Source: Tubiluchus corallicola
Lineage: Eukaryota; Animalia; Priapulida
DNA length: 64,000 nucleotides
Direction of reading: 5' to 3'
NCBI GenBank assembly: GCA_030141605.1
Contig: JAQGDQ010000075.1
Span: 186,001-250,000 of the forward strand
This document shows, piece after piece, positions 24,560 through 37,503 of the stretch (positions are counted from its first letter, which is position 1; every line of letters starts with the position of its first letter). Made by a program: the position numbers and the translations under genes. Under the pieces are notes generated by a model that saw only the letters and a program-made list of their open reading frames with translations, was not told the DNA's origin and made no database searches.

Positions 24560-26948
24560 CCAAATGATGTACAATAACAATATAACTACAATTAACAACG
24601 ATAATATAAATCCTGGTGCCATTAAAAAGCCATGGATTACACCTGCCATTTTAAATAGCATTAAATGTAAAAATAAGTTGTATAATCAACTTCTCAAGAA
24701 TAATATTAATTATGATCCCATAATTCGTGAATGCAAACGGTATCGTAATAGGTTAAACAACATAATAAAACTCTCTAAATCTAATTGTTATCAAAACAAA
24801 CTGGAACATGTTAAAACTAACTTGAAGAAAACGTGGATTATTATGAAAGAAATTTTGCAGTCAAATAGAAAATCTGGTTCATATACTCTTAAAATTAACA
24901 ACAAATTAATAACTGACAATAAATCTGTCGCTTGTGCTTTCAACGAGCATTTCTCACAGATTGGCCAAAAATTAGCTGCAGAAATTCCAAATACTGGTGT
25001 CAACCCTAAAGTTTATCTTAAGGGTGATTATCAGTCTACTCTTTTCTTCAGTCTTGTTACAATAAATGAATTAAAATCTACATGTAAATCTTTCAACCGT
25101 AATAAAGGGGCAGGCTTTGACAACTTTCTCCCCAAAGTCATAATTGACTTAATTGATAACTTAGCCGCTCCTTTAACACATATAATCAATTGCTCATTAA
25201 CAACAGGAAAATTACCTTATCAACTTAAAAAATCAGTAATTATTCCGGTGTTTAAGGCTAAAGACTCCTTAGATATTAATAACTATAGACCCATATCATT
25301 ATTACCTTTTTTCTCTAAAATATTAGAAAAAATAGTCCATAAAAGATTATTAGACTACTTGACTATACATAGTGTACTTTATAATCATCAGTATGGCTTT
25401 AGAAAGGGTAGTTCTACACAGCTAGCCCTAATAAATATAATAAACAACGTAATTAATTCATTAGAACAAAATGCTGTTGCCATTGGCATTTTTTGCGATC
25501 TCTCTAAGGCCTTTGATACAGTTAATCATGCTATTCTGTTAGATAAGTTATTCCACTATGGCATTAGAGGGGTCGCATACTCATGGTTTGCTAATTACCT
25601 CAAGGATCGAACTCAAGTAGTCAAATGTAACAATGTTTTTTCCAACGAAGCAATAGTCACACACGGAGTACCCCAGGGATCCAATTTGGGACCTCTGTTG
25701 TTTTTAATATACATTAATGACTTACAAAACTGTATTACTGACAATGGAAAGGCCTTCCAATTTGCTGATGACACAAGTATTTTTTTCAAGATCAGCAGCA
25801 AGTTACTTAACACTAATATTATTAATAGTGAACTCAGTAAAATTACAGCCTGGTTTAAAATCAATAAATTAGCACTAAACTCAACTAAAACTAAATACAT
25901 TTTATTCAGAGCTCGCAACAAACCTATAAATATGAACAGTATTATAAAAATTGATGGTAATGCTGTAGAACAAGTAAGTGAAATGAAGTTCCTAGGGGTT
26001 ATGTTAAATGAACACCTAGATTGGAAACCACACTTAAACATGATTCATTCTAAAGTTGCTAAAAACATCGGGTTAATCAGTCGAGTTAAACATTGTTTTA
26101 CAAAAGAACACCTAATCACTCTTTATAATTGTCTAGTACTGCCATACTTAACCTACTGTAATATACTTTGGGGGCACACCTACCCTTCAACTCTAGTTAA
26201 ACTAAACTCTCTACAACGTAAATTTATAAGATCGATATGTAATTTGAACAAGCGTGAACATGTAGGTCTTAATCTTTTTAAGAATTATTCTATTCTAGTG
26301 CTAAATGATCTAATAAACCTGAATACCGCTGTGTTCATCTACAAAACCAAACATAAACTTCACCCAGCTTTCTTTTTAAACCCATTATCTATTAACGTAA
26401 GTCATTACTCAACAAGATTTAACGAATTTTGTATTAAGTATTGCAGGACTGACGCGGCAAGGCACTTCATCACTAACACTGGCCCTAGACTTTGGAATAA
26501 CATAAACGAATACATAAAAAATTCTTTATCTATAAATAACTTCAAAAGAAATTTTAAAAATGAAATATTTTCTAATTATACAGAATAAATCAATTTGATT
26601 AATTACACTGCTGTCCCTGTCGTAATCCATTGTGTTGCTGGTTATGTCAATTTTTACATTTCTATAGTTCATGTTACTTCATACAGATACCATCACACCT
26701 TTCTTCTTCTTTCTATTTTCTATTAACCTTTCTTCTATTCCTTTAGTGCTCTTTTCTATTACACTTAGTCCACATTCATTTGGGGTACTCTAAACAAGTA
26801 ATTACTTCTTGAGTACCCCACGGGTCATTTGCGGCTTGGCATCTTGAACACATAATAATAAATATATTATTAAATACTTTTATGTACAATGCTGTAATGA
26901 TCATTGTGGATATATTTAATAAATAAAAAAAAATAAATAAATAAATAA
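24560..26948 (+). mobile_element. Young 5'-truncated CR1/L2-group (Crack-like) LINE with an intact RT ORF
   Basis: Open 674-aa ORF 24564-26588 with KPWIT, NYRPISLLP, QYGFR, FCDLSKAFDTVNH, GVPQGSNLGPLLFLIYIND, FADDT, FLGV and GPRLWN, but no endonuclease domain. A 3' UTR hairpin lies at 26781-26820 and an (AAAT)n tail at about 26918-26948. Confidence 0.93.
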
Positions 26949-27349
26949 GAAGGTATTTTCTATTATCTGCAAAACAGCTGTCATTTAATTTTGCTCATAA
27001 ATGTCCAGGACTGTTTATCTTGTTTATCTTATTTTCCCAATATCTATTGCAAATTACTACAATTTCTAATATAAATTTGCTCTCATTTCAGTTGCATATG
27101 CCAATTAATTAGGTCAAATCAAGGAAAAATGTGAACAAGACAATTACGGCGCACTACTTTAAATTAAGTGTAATTATTATTATTTTGATCAAGCTTTTTA
27201 GAATAACTAAAAGATAACACTGCAACATCTATTACAAATAGCTGTGTGATGTGATCACATCCAATATGTAAAAAAATAAAAACAGTCCTAAAGAAAGCTG
27301 TTCTCTTCAAAAAATACATATATCACTATTGCTAGTATTAATACTAATT

Positions 27350-30290
27350 ATGATGTGGCGAACACCGCGATGGTATCACCTTATCATTTTAGGTGTTTCC
27401 ATCATGCAACACAACACCACTCATAATTTGATGCCATGTTCCTCGATCTGCTGCCACATGCCAAGTATTCACACCATTTGAGATAAGTGGAGTACGTAAT
27501 TAGTCCTTCAGAACATCTAAATATGTGACCAATTGTCTTCCTCTTGGTTTCTTCCCAGGTATTAGTGTTTGATGTAATACTGTATTAAGTGGAGAATCCT
27601 TTGGTGATCTAGTGACGTGTCCAGTCCATCTAAGTTGACACTTTTGTATGACCTCACTCCATTCCTTTTTCTTTGTTAAATCATATAAATCCTGATTTAA
27701 AATTTTCTCTGGCCATTTTATATCCAGCATCTTACTGTACAGAAGTCTTTGGAAAGCACTGATTTCATTCTTCTGGGCAACTTTGACTGTCCACAATTCG
27801 GAATTACACAAGAATACAGGTTCTACAAGTGATGACAAAATATGTAGTTTAGTTTCTATGGTAAGATTTGGATTTTCAAAGTGTTTGTGAGCTTACACTA
27901 AGCATCCAAATGTAATATTTTTCTGCATGGTATGTCAGCTTCAGTGCCTAGTAAACTACCAAGGTATTTACAACTCTTCCAACGTCTTGGTGGCGTATTC
28001 CCACCACGTTATATTGTGTATTGTTCTGTTTTGGCATCACTTATCTTTAGACTGAAGCTTCTCAGACGGTTGGTTGCATCTTGTTTCACAGCCTCAATTT
28101 TACCAGTGCAATATCATCAGCATTATGCCTTTGGCAAGAGACTCGAAGCAGTTCCAAATATTGCGTAATTATGCTCTTGCTGAATTGTCGGTCGGATTGA
28201 ATTTGGATCTAGAATTGTGTACATGTATATGGTCTACAAGCTCTGCAGGTGGCATGTAATTTGTTTCCTTCAAGGCTGTTGTAAGACAAAATGTGAAGAG
28301 AACAGAGCTTAGACAATCACTTGCGGAACACCAGTGTTTGAGCAAAATTCTGAGCTGAATACACCATCACATCTTACTTGCATGGATAGATACTGCAGCA
28401 GTATGCTCATCATGAGCAATTCGTCTTTGTCCAGTACATTAGTTAAATGACTTAGTAATAACGTCTTTTTACTGTATCAAACGCTTTGGATATATCAAGC
28501 AGTATTATATGAACAGAGTAATCGGCGGTACAAATGGCTTTTTCTGCTAGAAGTTTACAAACAAGAATTAGTTCAGCTGTCCTTCTTCCTGGTTGATATG
28601 GTGCTTGGCTTTTTAGGGTAGTTTATTAAAAATTCTATTAAGAAAGCAGATAGCAATTATTTTTCTAATCAGAGTAAGAAGTGCCAAAGGTCTTAGAGTT
28701 TTAAAAGGTCCTTTTGGTTTGCCTGGTTTATGCAATGGGATGAGAATGCCTCTGGATATGTCTGCTGGGCATACCCCGGTTTCAGCAATGTTATTTATTG
28801 TGCCTACAATTTCATTATGAAGCTTACTGGTACCATGTTTTAGTAGCTCTGCATTGAGGCTGTCAATTTCAGGAGTAAAAGGTTTCCTCATAGCAGTAGG
28901 TGAAATGTGTCCCAGTGCTTCTTCAATCACAGATTAATTCGGCTTTTTCAGCAGAATCTGTAACTATGCCTTGATCATTTGCTTTTACTGCAAGCTTCTT
29001 GCTTGGCTTGAGATTTTGCAGAATCCAAAGCAACTTTAAAATATCGAGTTGAGACATCTTTGGAGCTTTCAATTTCTTCAGCAAGGTTTCGAATCCTGAC
29101 ATCTTCGATTTTCTTTTTGCGGACATGAATTTGATTCATGATGTTGTTTCGTTCTTTTTTAAGCAGATCAATTTGGAATAAATCTTTCATCTGGTGAATT
29201 CTGTTCTCGTGATCTTTTGTTTGTGAGATAAATTTCCAATGATAGCATCAGAGATGTGGAAGGTGTTAGGTAAAGAATAGTCTAGTATTTCACTAGCAGT
29301 TTCAGTGACCACTTCTTTTGTTGCATCCCTTGACTTGATTTTGTGTTTCCAGTATAGATAGTTTCCTATCAATCGTTTCCTGATATTGTTTGTGTACATT
29401 CTCATCTTTAGCTATTCCATATCAAATCTATATGTTTTGCTTCTTTTACTGTCAAGTTTGGTCAAATGAGTGCTGAAACTTGCCAGTACTAGTGAGACAG
29501 AGTGATCAGTATCCAAATGTAGACCTGCATAGGATCTTGAATTATTGACAATGGGCATGTGAAAATTCCTGACTAGTATATATCAATTTGATTTTGTATT
29601 GGATTTCTTCTTCAATCCCCGTTATAAGACTTTTTATTTTTATGTGTGGTTTTCCATGTCATTACATGTGCCAGCTTGTGTTGAAAAAGTGTATTAGTAG
29701 TGACCGGATTGGTTAGGATTGCAATTTCCGCTAATTTGTGTTCATTTGAATTTGCTTGCCCTTTTCCATATCGATTCACAACTGTTGGAAGAATTGCATT
29801 AAAATCACCACAGAGTACTAAGACGTAGATTTTCGGAATAAAATTTGTAACTTTCAAGATCATCATAAAAGTCTTATCTGACTTGAGGATGCTTCTCACT
29901 ATGAAGTAATATTGGTGCATACCCGTTTATATTGTAAACTTTTTACCCGCCATCTCTGTTTTCATAGCAGTAATTTTTGGGTTTATTCTGTCAAAAGTAC
30001 AGTTCAGGCTTTTGTCATGTTACACAAAACCAACGCCAAGAAAAAACTATTACTATCTCCACTGTTGAAGAAATTGTAATTTTCCCCAAGTACGTATCTT
30101 CTGTAATGTCAAGTGTTTCCTGCACAGCTGGGATATTTGGTTTACACTTTTCTAGATATTTTTTCAATGCAGCTGCTTTAAGAACAGATTTTAGTCTTTG
30201 CGCATTCAGAGTTCCAATCTTTATTTTGTTTCCATGCCCTATTATAGCAAGGTGAACTAGCAGTAATATGAAATTTGGTATCATAACTGT
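27350..30290 (-). mobile_element. Degenerate near full-length RTE-like LINE (APE endonuclease plus RT)
   Basis: Fragmented minus-strand ORFs carry endonuclease motifs (IGTLNAQRL, AVQET, GDFNA, QIDI.., SYAGLHLDTDH), RT motifs (LIPLHKPGKPKG..LRPLALL, DISKAFD) and C-terminal NSELWT..SAFQR..IKWPEKI.NQDLY..QLRWTGHV. Many stops and frameshifts. Confidence 0.88.
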
Positions 30291-31711
30291 GATGTGACGC
30301 TAATTTTAATTAATACTATTACGACGGAGGAATACATTTCACTCCCTTAAACATATCAACCTACCAGCTACACGGCTACGTCAAGTTTATAATACGAGTT
30401 CTTCAATTATCCAAGCTCATCTCTACTCTACCATGCGCTACGAAAGGTATCATCGGTTAGAATTTTTTTTGAAGAAATCTTGATGAAAATCTAACATTTC
30501 AAAAAGCTAGTGTCTACTAAATTTACCAGCATACAAACGAAAAGGCAATATGGCAAAACAGACAGAGATGCACAGCACAAAAAATGAGTGGATAGACATT
30601 TAAACTTTAATTTAAAAATAAAATTAAAGTCAATGGTTTGTCAGCACCAGTACCGATTGCCTGTTTTCAAACGAAGCCAAAGTATACAAAAACAAAGTAG
30701 GGAGTTATACTGCGCAGCAGTTCGCGCAGTTAGTGTCGCCCTAGCGGCACAACAGTACGGACTGTTGTTGCCACGTACGCTATAGGCTTATAGCACAAGC
30801 TGTGCGTACTGTAGCAGATGAATTTATGAGACCACCAAAGCCGGGCCGGTTAACAGGCTCTCATAAATTGCTCACCAACGAGTTGCGAAAACACAAATGA
30901 AAACATCTTTTTAAATTTCCGAAGGATGCAGCCAGGTAATTATAATAAAATGTTAATTATAACACAGTTTTGTAACTTTTGTTACAAGTTAAATATTTTC
31001 TACACTAAGCAAGGACTGCAAGGCTGCATCTGTCTTTGGCGATTTATAACAGGATTAAATTTTTGAATATTATTTAGAGCAAGCATAAGGCATTAAAAAT
31101 AATTAGTGGTTAAAATAAAAAGTATTATAATCCTATCTCATGAAAATTAATAGGCTTATTTACAAAAGAAGTTAGGAAAGTTGATCATAAAAAAATTGGA
31201 AATACCTGCCTCATGTAGCATTCTATTTCTGGAGACATGTTTTTCTAAAAACATTCCTATTTAATATGTTCTTATCAGGAAACATAACTTGAAGAAATAT
31301 CACGCCTGACTTTGGTGTATAATACCTTTCACAGAAAAAAATCGATTTTTTCCGAAGAGCAGATAATTTTTCCAGAACAAAACTTTATCCAAGCATCTGC
31401 ATGTTTTGTTAATTCCAAGTTAAAAGATGTTTAAAAAGCATATAATCATACGTTGGCCTTTGTTATGAGTTGGAGTTGTTATAAAATCACGTTGAATAAA
31501 CGGAGATGCATTTACGACATTACTCCTCTTTTTTATTATCAGTGAACAAAAAATAACAAGACAAAACATCAGCGCTGTCATCCTAAGCAGCCGACATTAC
31601 TTCCACCTCTATAACAACCAACTAACTAGGTCAAAATCAAGTTACAGAATTCAGGTGAGAAGCCAACCTGGCGCATAAATTAGAATCTGCATGCGGGTCA
31701 TAATATCTGAT

Positions 31712-31856
31712 ATATCATGTGTAGACGTCACTCATATTTAGCCTAATTTTTAAGATTCACTTAGACTTATTTAGAATCGGCAGGCGTGTCATAACACCTT
31801 GTATATCATGTGTAGACGTCACTTATATTTAGCCTAATTTTTTTAAGATTCACTTA
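31712..31856. repeat. Direct duplication of about 52 bp containing GACGTCA
   Basis: TATATCATGTGTAGACGTCAC..ATATTTAGCCTAATTTT..AAGATTCACTTAG occurs at about 31712 and 31802. Confidence 0.75.
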
Positions 31857-32224
31857 GGCTTGTGTCACAATAAATGCTCATTAAATACAGTTTGTTTACG
31901 TGCAAAAATATGCTTGTATAAGCGTACTAATAAAACGCCTGGGGCTAAATCCACAGACAAGTCTTGACAAATAATTTATTTATTGATGGGCTTAAATTAA
32001 TTGATTTTATATAGGCCTTGGTGCTAAGGGCAATCAATTTATATTGTTAAATATATAGGCTATATATAGGCCTCTTCATAGAATGCGAATGTGAAGTTTA
32101 TTCTGGAATATTCCATTGTATAGTAGATCTTTTTACCTTGTAGAAGTTTCTTGTAGAAGATTCTAGAACTTTGTAGTTAATACCCTGGCACTGATGAGGT
32201 AAATGTTAATATATTTAGATTTTG

Positions 32225-33685
32225 CACAGAAATATTTAAACACTTCTCCATTGATCCTTAGAGATAAATGCACTTGGGACATTGCGGCGAGCAGGGAGTC
32301 CTGGCATGGGGAGGTGAGCAGAATCATGTCCCTGGACATATGATTCATTGGATGATGATGATGATATATAAGGCGGAGCTGGCCTCTGAAGTACATTCTT
32401 TGATTCTCTCTCACATTCTCTCGTATTCTCAGATTCTCAGATACGCTTTCACGTATATCCAGATTATCACGTTTACTGTAAACATTTCGCATTCCTTCAT
32501 ACTTTCATGTTGTAGAATTCTCGTATAATAAACTAGTTTAATTTGACGACGTGTTTTCTGGTTTTCTCTACGAGCCTTGCAAGAGAAACATAACACAACA
32601 CACACATCATATATGTATATGGAGCACCGCATGCAATTACTTGTTGTGTGCATGCACGCATATAATTCATATACAATCCTACAATATAATATATGTGTAA
32701 TTGTAGGGCGCGTAATTGGGTGCAATTTTTAATGTGCCAAATCCGCCACCTCGCATTGGAGTAAAACGACCAAGAAACAAATGGTGGAACCTTCAACAAA
32801 AGGAAAAGAATGATCTCTCTCTCTCTCCCTCCCTCCATCTCTCTCTTTCTCTCTCTCCCTTTCACTGTCTCTCTTCCTCTCTAAGAGAGGGAGAAAAAAA
32901 TCAATAAAAAATGCATTACTTTTTTACATAGTAGGCAGCCCATCATGCAGTCAGCTAGCCTCTTTCCTCAGGGAGAACAATAATATTTCACTTACAAGAA
33001 AACTGAAGAAGTATTTGCAAATACATAATACAAACTTATTGTACATTTTTTCCTTTTCATAAAATGTTTTCAGTTTTTTAAACTAATAATTGCTTTTAAT
33101 TGAGCTATTCTTCTTTCATTAAAAACGCAAAAGTGATTTTGGCTTATCGAAATTGCGCGTATGCCCACATTATTGGTGCACGTAAGAATGTTATTATTAC
33201 AGTCAATGCGCCGCTCAAAATTTTTTAATTATCCGCCGTTTGATGCCGCTAGCGTAGCCGCTATTCGCAAAAACGAAATGCGTACCAAATAATTTCGTCA
33301 ATTCCTCTTTTTACACTTTGACGAAGCGCTGAACTACAAAGCAGTACTACAAAGCTAGTGCATATTGCTAAAGAAATGCACGTGGCTCATGGGCTCAATT
33401 TTTTGTAATTTGCTTGTTTTTTATGTGAGTTTTGAGAGCAATAATTCTTGAATTTATAACAGTATACGTGCTATTAAAATCCACCGAATGAACAAAACCC
33501 ACTCCAGCATGAGCGCTTGTGTCATCTCCATGCAAAAATATTTTATACAGAAAGTTTTAAACACTTCAGCATTGATCCTTAGAAATAAATCTACTTGGAG
33601 CATTGCGGCGAGCAGGGAGTCCTGGCATAGGGAGCTGAGCAGAATCATGTCATTGGACGTGTGATTCATTGGATGATGATGATGG
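32225..33685. repeat. Dispersed direct repeat pair (~140 bp at about 32225-32365 and 33545-33685)
   Basis: The shared core AAACACTTC..CATTGATCCTTAGA..CATTGCGGCGAGCAGGGAGTCCTGGCAT..GAGCAGAATCATGTC..GATTCATTGGATGATGATGATG is present twice. Probably remnants of an unclassified repeat. Confidence 0.7.
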
Positions 33686-33714
33686 GCTCAATTTGCTTGC
33701 ATAGCTACTGACGG

Positions 33715-34050
33715 TCTCTCCTCAACAATTTGCGAAATCGAGGCAGAGTTGATGCATCAAGTGTTTCACTGTTAAGTGAATTCCAAGGGCTCATAACACG
33801 AAAAGAGAAGAAATGGACTCTGATATTAGTGCGAGAGTATTTTACAAATAATTTAGAATTGTGTCCATGTAAATCACGTCGTGGTCTAGCAAAAAATCGT
33901 CGGTGGGCAAAATAGAACCAGAACCTAATGACTTTATAACAGTTAACAAGATCTATAGTATCACGGTGTTGTTCAAGAGAAGATAATGAAGTAAGGAGGA
34001 CAGCTAGTGACATATCAATTTCATCCAAAAGATCAACAATATTACTGCAA
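33715..34050 (-). mobile_element. CR1-type LINE 3' fragment, related to the copy at 12770-13320
   Basis: ORF 33705-34055(-) reads LSSLEQHR..DLVNCYKVI..LHGHNSKLF..RTNIRVHFFSFRVMSPWNSL..FRKLL, a CR1 ORF2 C-terminus. Confidence 0.82.
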
Positions 34051-35404
34051 TTCAATTCTATTCAATTTATTGCTCAAATACATAATTATAATGTTCACTG
34101 GCAAAACACAATACAGTACATATATGTCAAATAGTGCATACATACAAAGTTAATTCATAAAAGCTTTGTACAAAATGTTATTTTCAGTGTTAACATTTTT
34201 GATACAATTTGTATTAACATAGATGAGTTGGCTAACTAATTAAATAGAAGTACACTGATACAATTTCACAGTTAAATGTTGTATTTTTCAGCAATGAAAG
34301 AAAAGAAAAAATGACTTGAGTAGTGTTTGTTTCAGCTATTTGAATAAATGTTCATAAAGAATAAAATAATAATGAATGAGTTGTAAAATAATTATGATCA
34401 AAGTCTGCTGCCGTAATGCTGATTTCTTCTGTAGAGATCGGAGAAGTTGTTGCCAACTTAAGTTTCTTGAACTGATGTGGCTTCGATCCAAACTTATAAA
34501 TACGTGAAACACAAAGTCTATAAAAAATAAAAGAAAAAACAATTAATGAACTATACTTTATGCAATATGTAATAATACAGACGTGTTTAAAATTTCTTAA
34601 CTCTTACGCATTTGAATACGTCAGAGATTTCAGTTTATTTAAATTCAGTTTATTTGCTCAAATATGTGAGAAAAAGTAATATCGAAAATGGGCTATGATT
34701 TTTTTATAACTATTACACAAAGTACTTTCATTAAATTAACACTTGAAAACAAACAAAAAAGTTTAATTAATAATTAACTAAGACTAATAATATTAAAAGC
34801 TTACAGATATTTACATTAGGCAAAATAATATTATGTTCAACCAGCATACCTCATTATTGTTAGTGCATGGTACAGAGAGTTTTGTTTGATCTACAGAGCA
34901 TGCATTCAGTGATAAAGCTACCAAAATTGTTAGCATACACATTGGAATAATAAAATGCTATTATGTCATAACATAGTAGTGCAAAAGTTGACTATGCATG
35001 CATTATTTGGTCACCTCACTATGTTACTCTAAAATGCTGTAGAAAGAACTCTGTTGAGATGTATTAGCCTGGCCAGACTTTGTTTCATCTCTTGAACAAT
35101 GCAATGAACTGTAAATCTTGTTAACTGTTATAAAATAATCGGTGGCAATTTTGTTTTACTTAAGTGATAAATTTTTTTCTAGGCCACTACGTGGACACAG
35201 TTTTTTGTACAACTATTTGCACAGTACTCTCACACTAATGTTAGAACGCATTTTCTTCTTTTCTCGTGTTGTGGGCCCTGGAATTCACTTAATAGTGAAA
35301 CTGTTGAAGTATCAAATCTGTCTCAATTCATAAATCATTGATGAGAAACCGTCAAAAACCGTTTTATAGTTAGATCTCAGGCTTCATGAGCAAGTTTCAC
35401 AAGC

Positions 35405-36470
35405 AAGTTTGTGACACCTCACTGAAGATGCATATTGTTCTAGCTCTAGTTCTCTGCATGTGTATTAGGGGTTTCTATCTTCCCATTACAAACTTTCCCA
35501 TTTCCTTATTCCCGTATTTTTCTGTGTTTGCATTCCACGTAGTATTATATGTTTAAAGAGCTAGTGTAACCAAAGAAGTTTATAACACCTCAACAAGGAT
35601 ACACGTTATTCATTAACTCATTGGCTATCTAACTGTATGAATACCTGCCAGTTGCAAATTTTCCTGTTCCTGTATTCATGCAGTTTTTCTAAGTTTCACA
35701 TTCGACACATATACTTCATGTTTAAAGAGCTGGTGTAATCAAAGGAAAGTTTGTAACTGATCAACAAAAATACTTGTTCTTTATTAGCTTACCAGCGATC
35801 CAAGAATGCAGGTACCTGCCCATTGCACACTTTCCCAGAATCCCATTCTTGTATTCCCATACTTTCTCGGAGTTTCGCTTGCAACACAAGCATTTCATGT
35901 TTAAAGATTTGTTGTAATCAAACAGAAGTTTGTATCACCTCACCAAAAACACACATTTTTTATTAGCTAATTAGCTATCTGACAATATGGATACCTGCCC
36001 ATCACAAACTTTCCTGCCCTTAGATTTTGCAAATCATTCGGTATTTGGTATTTTTTTCACATTTACATGGGAAAGATTGTTTATAACACCGAAGAATGAT
36101 ATGTATTGTTCTTCAGCACTGTTACTCTTTGTTTTTGTTGTTATGTAGGTCTCTGTCCATTACGAACTTTCCAGTTTTTAATGTTGCTGCTTTTTCCAAT
36201 TTATTTGATTTCCGACATTTTTTAACGTTTGGTAAAATAGTCTGTAACACCCAAAGAGTGACATGTATATTGCTCTCCAGTATTCCAGCTATCTATTAAT
36301 ATGAGTCTTTGTGCATTACAAACCTTCCTGTCCTCAAATTTTGCTGTTTTTGTAATTTATTTGATATTCCTAATATAACATTGGCTAATTTTCCCTAATG
36401 ATTGTTTGTTGTTCCTTAGCAATTAACAATATAATATTATATTGTTCTCCAGCACAACTGCTATTGTTGT
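35405..36470. repeat. Degenerate tandem repeat, unit about 165-180 bp, about 6 copies
   Basis: Recurring blocks TGTTTAAAGA..GTGTAA.CAAA..AAGTTT.TAAC and TACCTGCC.ATT.CAAA.TTTCC at about 35550, 35719 and 35898, with more diverged copies at about 35410, 36080 and 36240. Confidence 0.7.
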
Positions 36471-37503
36471 TATGGGTTTTGAATTTTTTTCACTAATTTG
36501 GATTGATCTTTGGGATTTTTTTCACTTTGACCATTTTAAATGTTGTACTTAATAGCCTATTATTAAGCTATTATTATCACTTAGCATTCAAACAGTTACA
36601 GACCTATTAAGGCCGCACATCCTACTGACATCATCAGGAGTAACCTGACGAGAATTCATGTTTTGGCTGTCTTTTTCTTCTACTTTCAAACCCATCCGGC
36701 ACAACCAGATGCATTGCCTCGCAAATTCTATTGACAACAACTTCACAACAATTTTGTTGATAATGATTCAAGTTTAAGCACAAATTTGGCAAAAAATGTT
36801 TTTTCCATTAGCATAACTTGGTTCTGAAATGCACTTCAGATGGCAGTGCAGGAAAATGTACTTGCTCCAGAAGTGCAATTCAAGTTGTTGGCCAATTGCT
36901 ACTTACTATACCAATTATTCGTAAGCAGGTAATGTGTAGAAAATCCGTGGTTGGTAGGTGCTTGTTTGTACGTCAGTGTGCTTGCCCATACTTTCTAGGA
37001 TGCTGTCAAAGCTTTTATTTTAGGTTCAAAAGACTAACATCTAGACCTGCAAATGCTTACTATGGGTTGACATATCTCTAACTTTTCAAATTTATGGCTT
37101 ATTCTAATCTACTAGTAAGAGTTCATAGATTTTGTGTAAACGCTGTGTGGATCAGTAGAGTTGATTATTTGCTTAAGTAGGTTATGCTCTATTTTTGTAC
37201 ATCTGTAATTTGTAATTCATTTGCTTTCAGATAGTTTGCAGCTCATGATTAGGACTTTGTATCTTCACATAGACGTGATCGGACAGAGAAATTAAGCCTC
37301 GTTGGTAAAAGGGTGTGCAGTTTGTGTTCATAAACCATCTTGGTTAGTAATATTTTTTATTTTCTATGTACAAGAATAAGTTTATGAGTTGATATTTCAT
37401 GCAGTTGAAACTAGGAAATTAGTGAAACTCTGTGCTGAACTTCCGACCTGGAACTAGTGAAAATGTAAACTGGTTAATGTGCTATTGGAGACAGTGTTAG
37501 TAC

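Noticed and set aside
27347-30299. Similar 16-mers (TAATTATGATGTGGCG / TAACTGTGATGTGACG) as the TSD of the RTE-like element
   Set aside because: Three mismatches and uncertain element boundaries; cannot be distinguished from chance.
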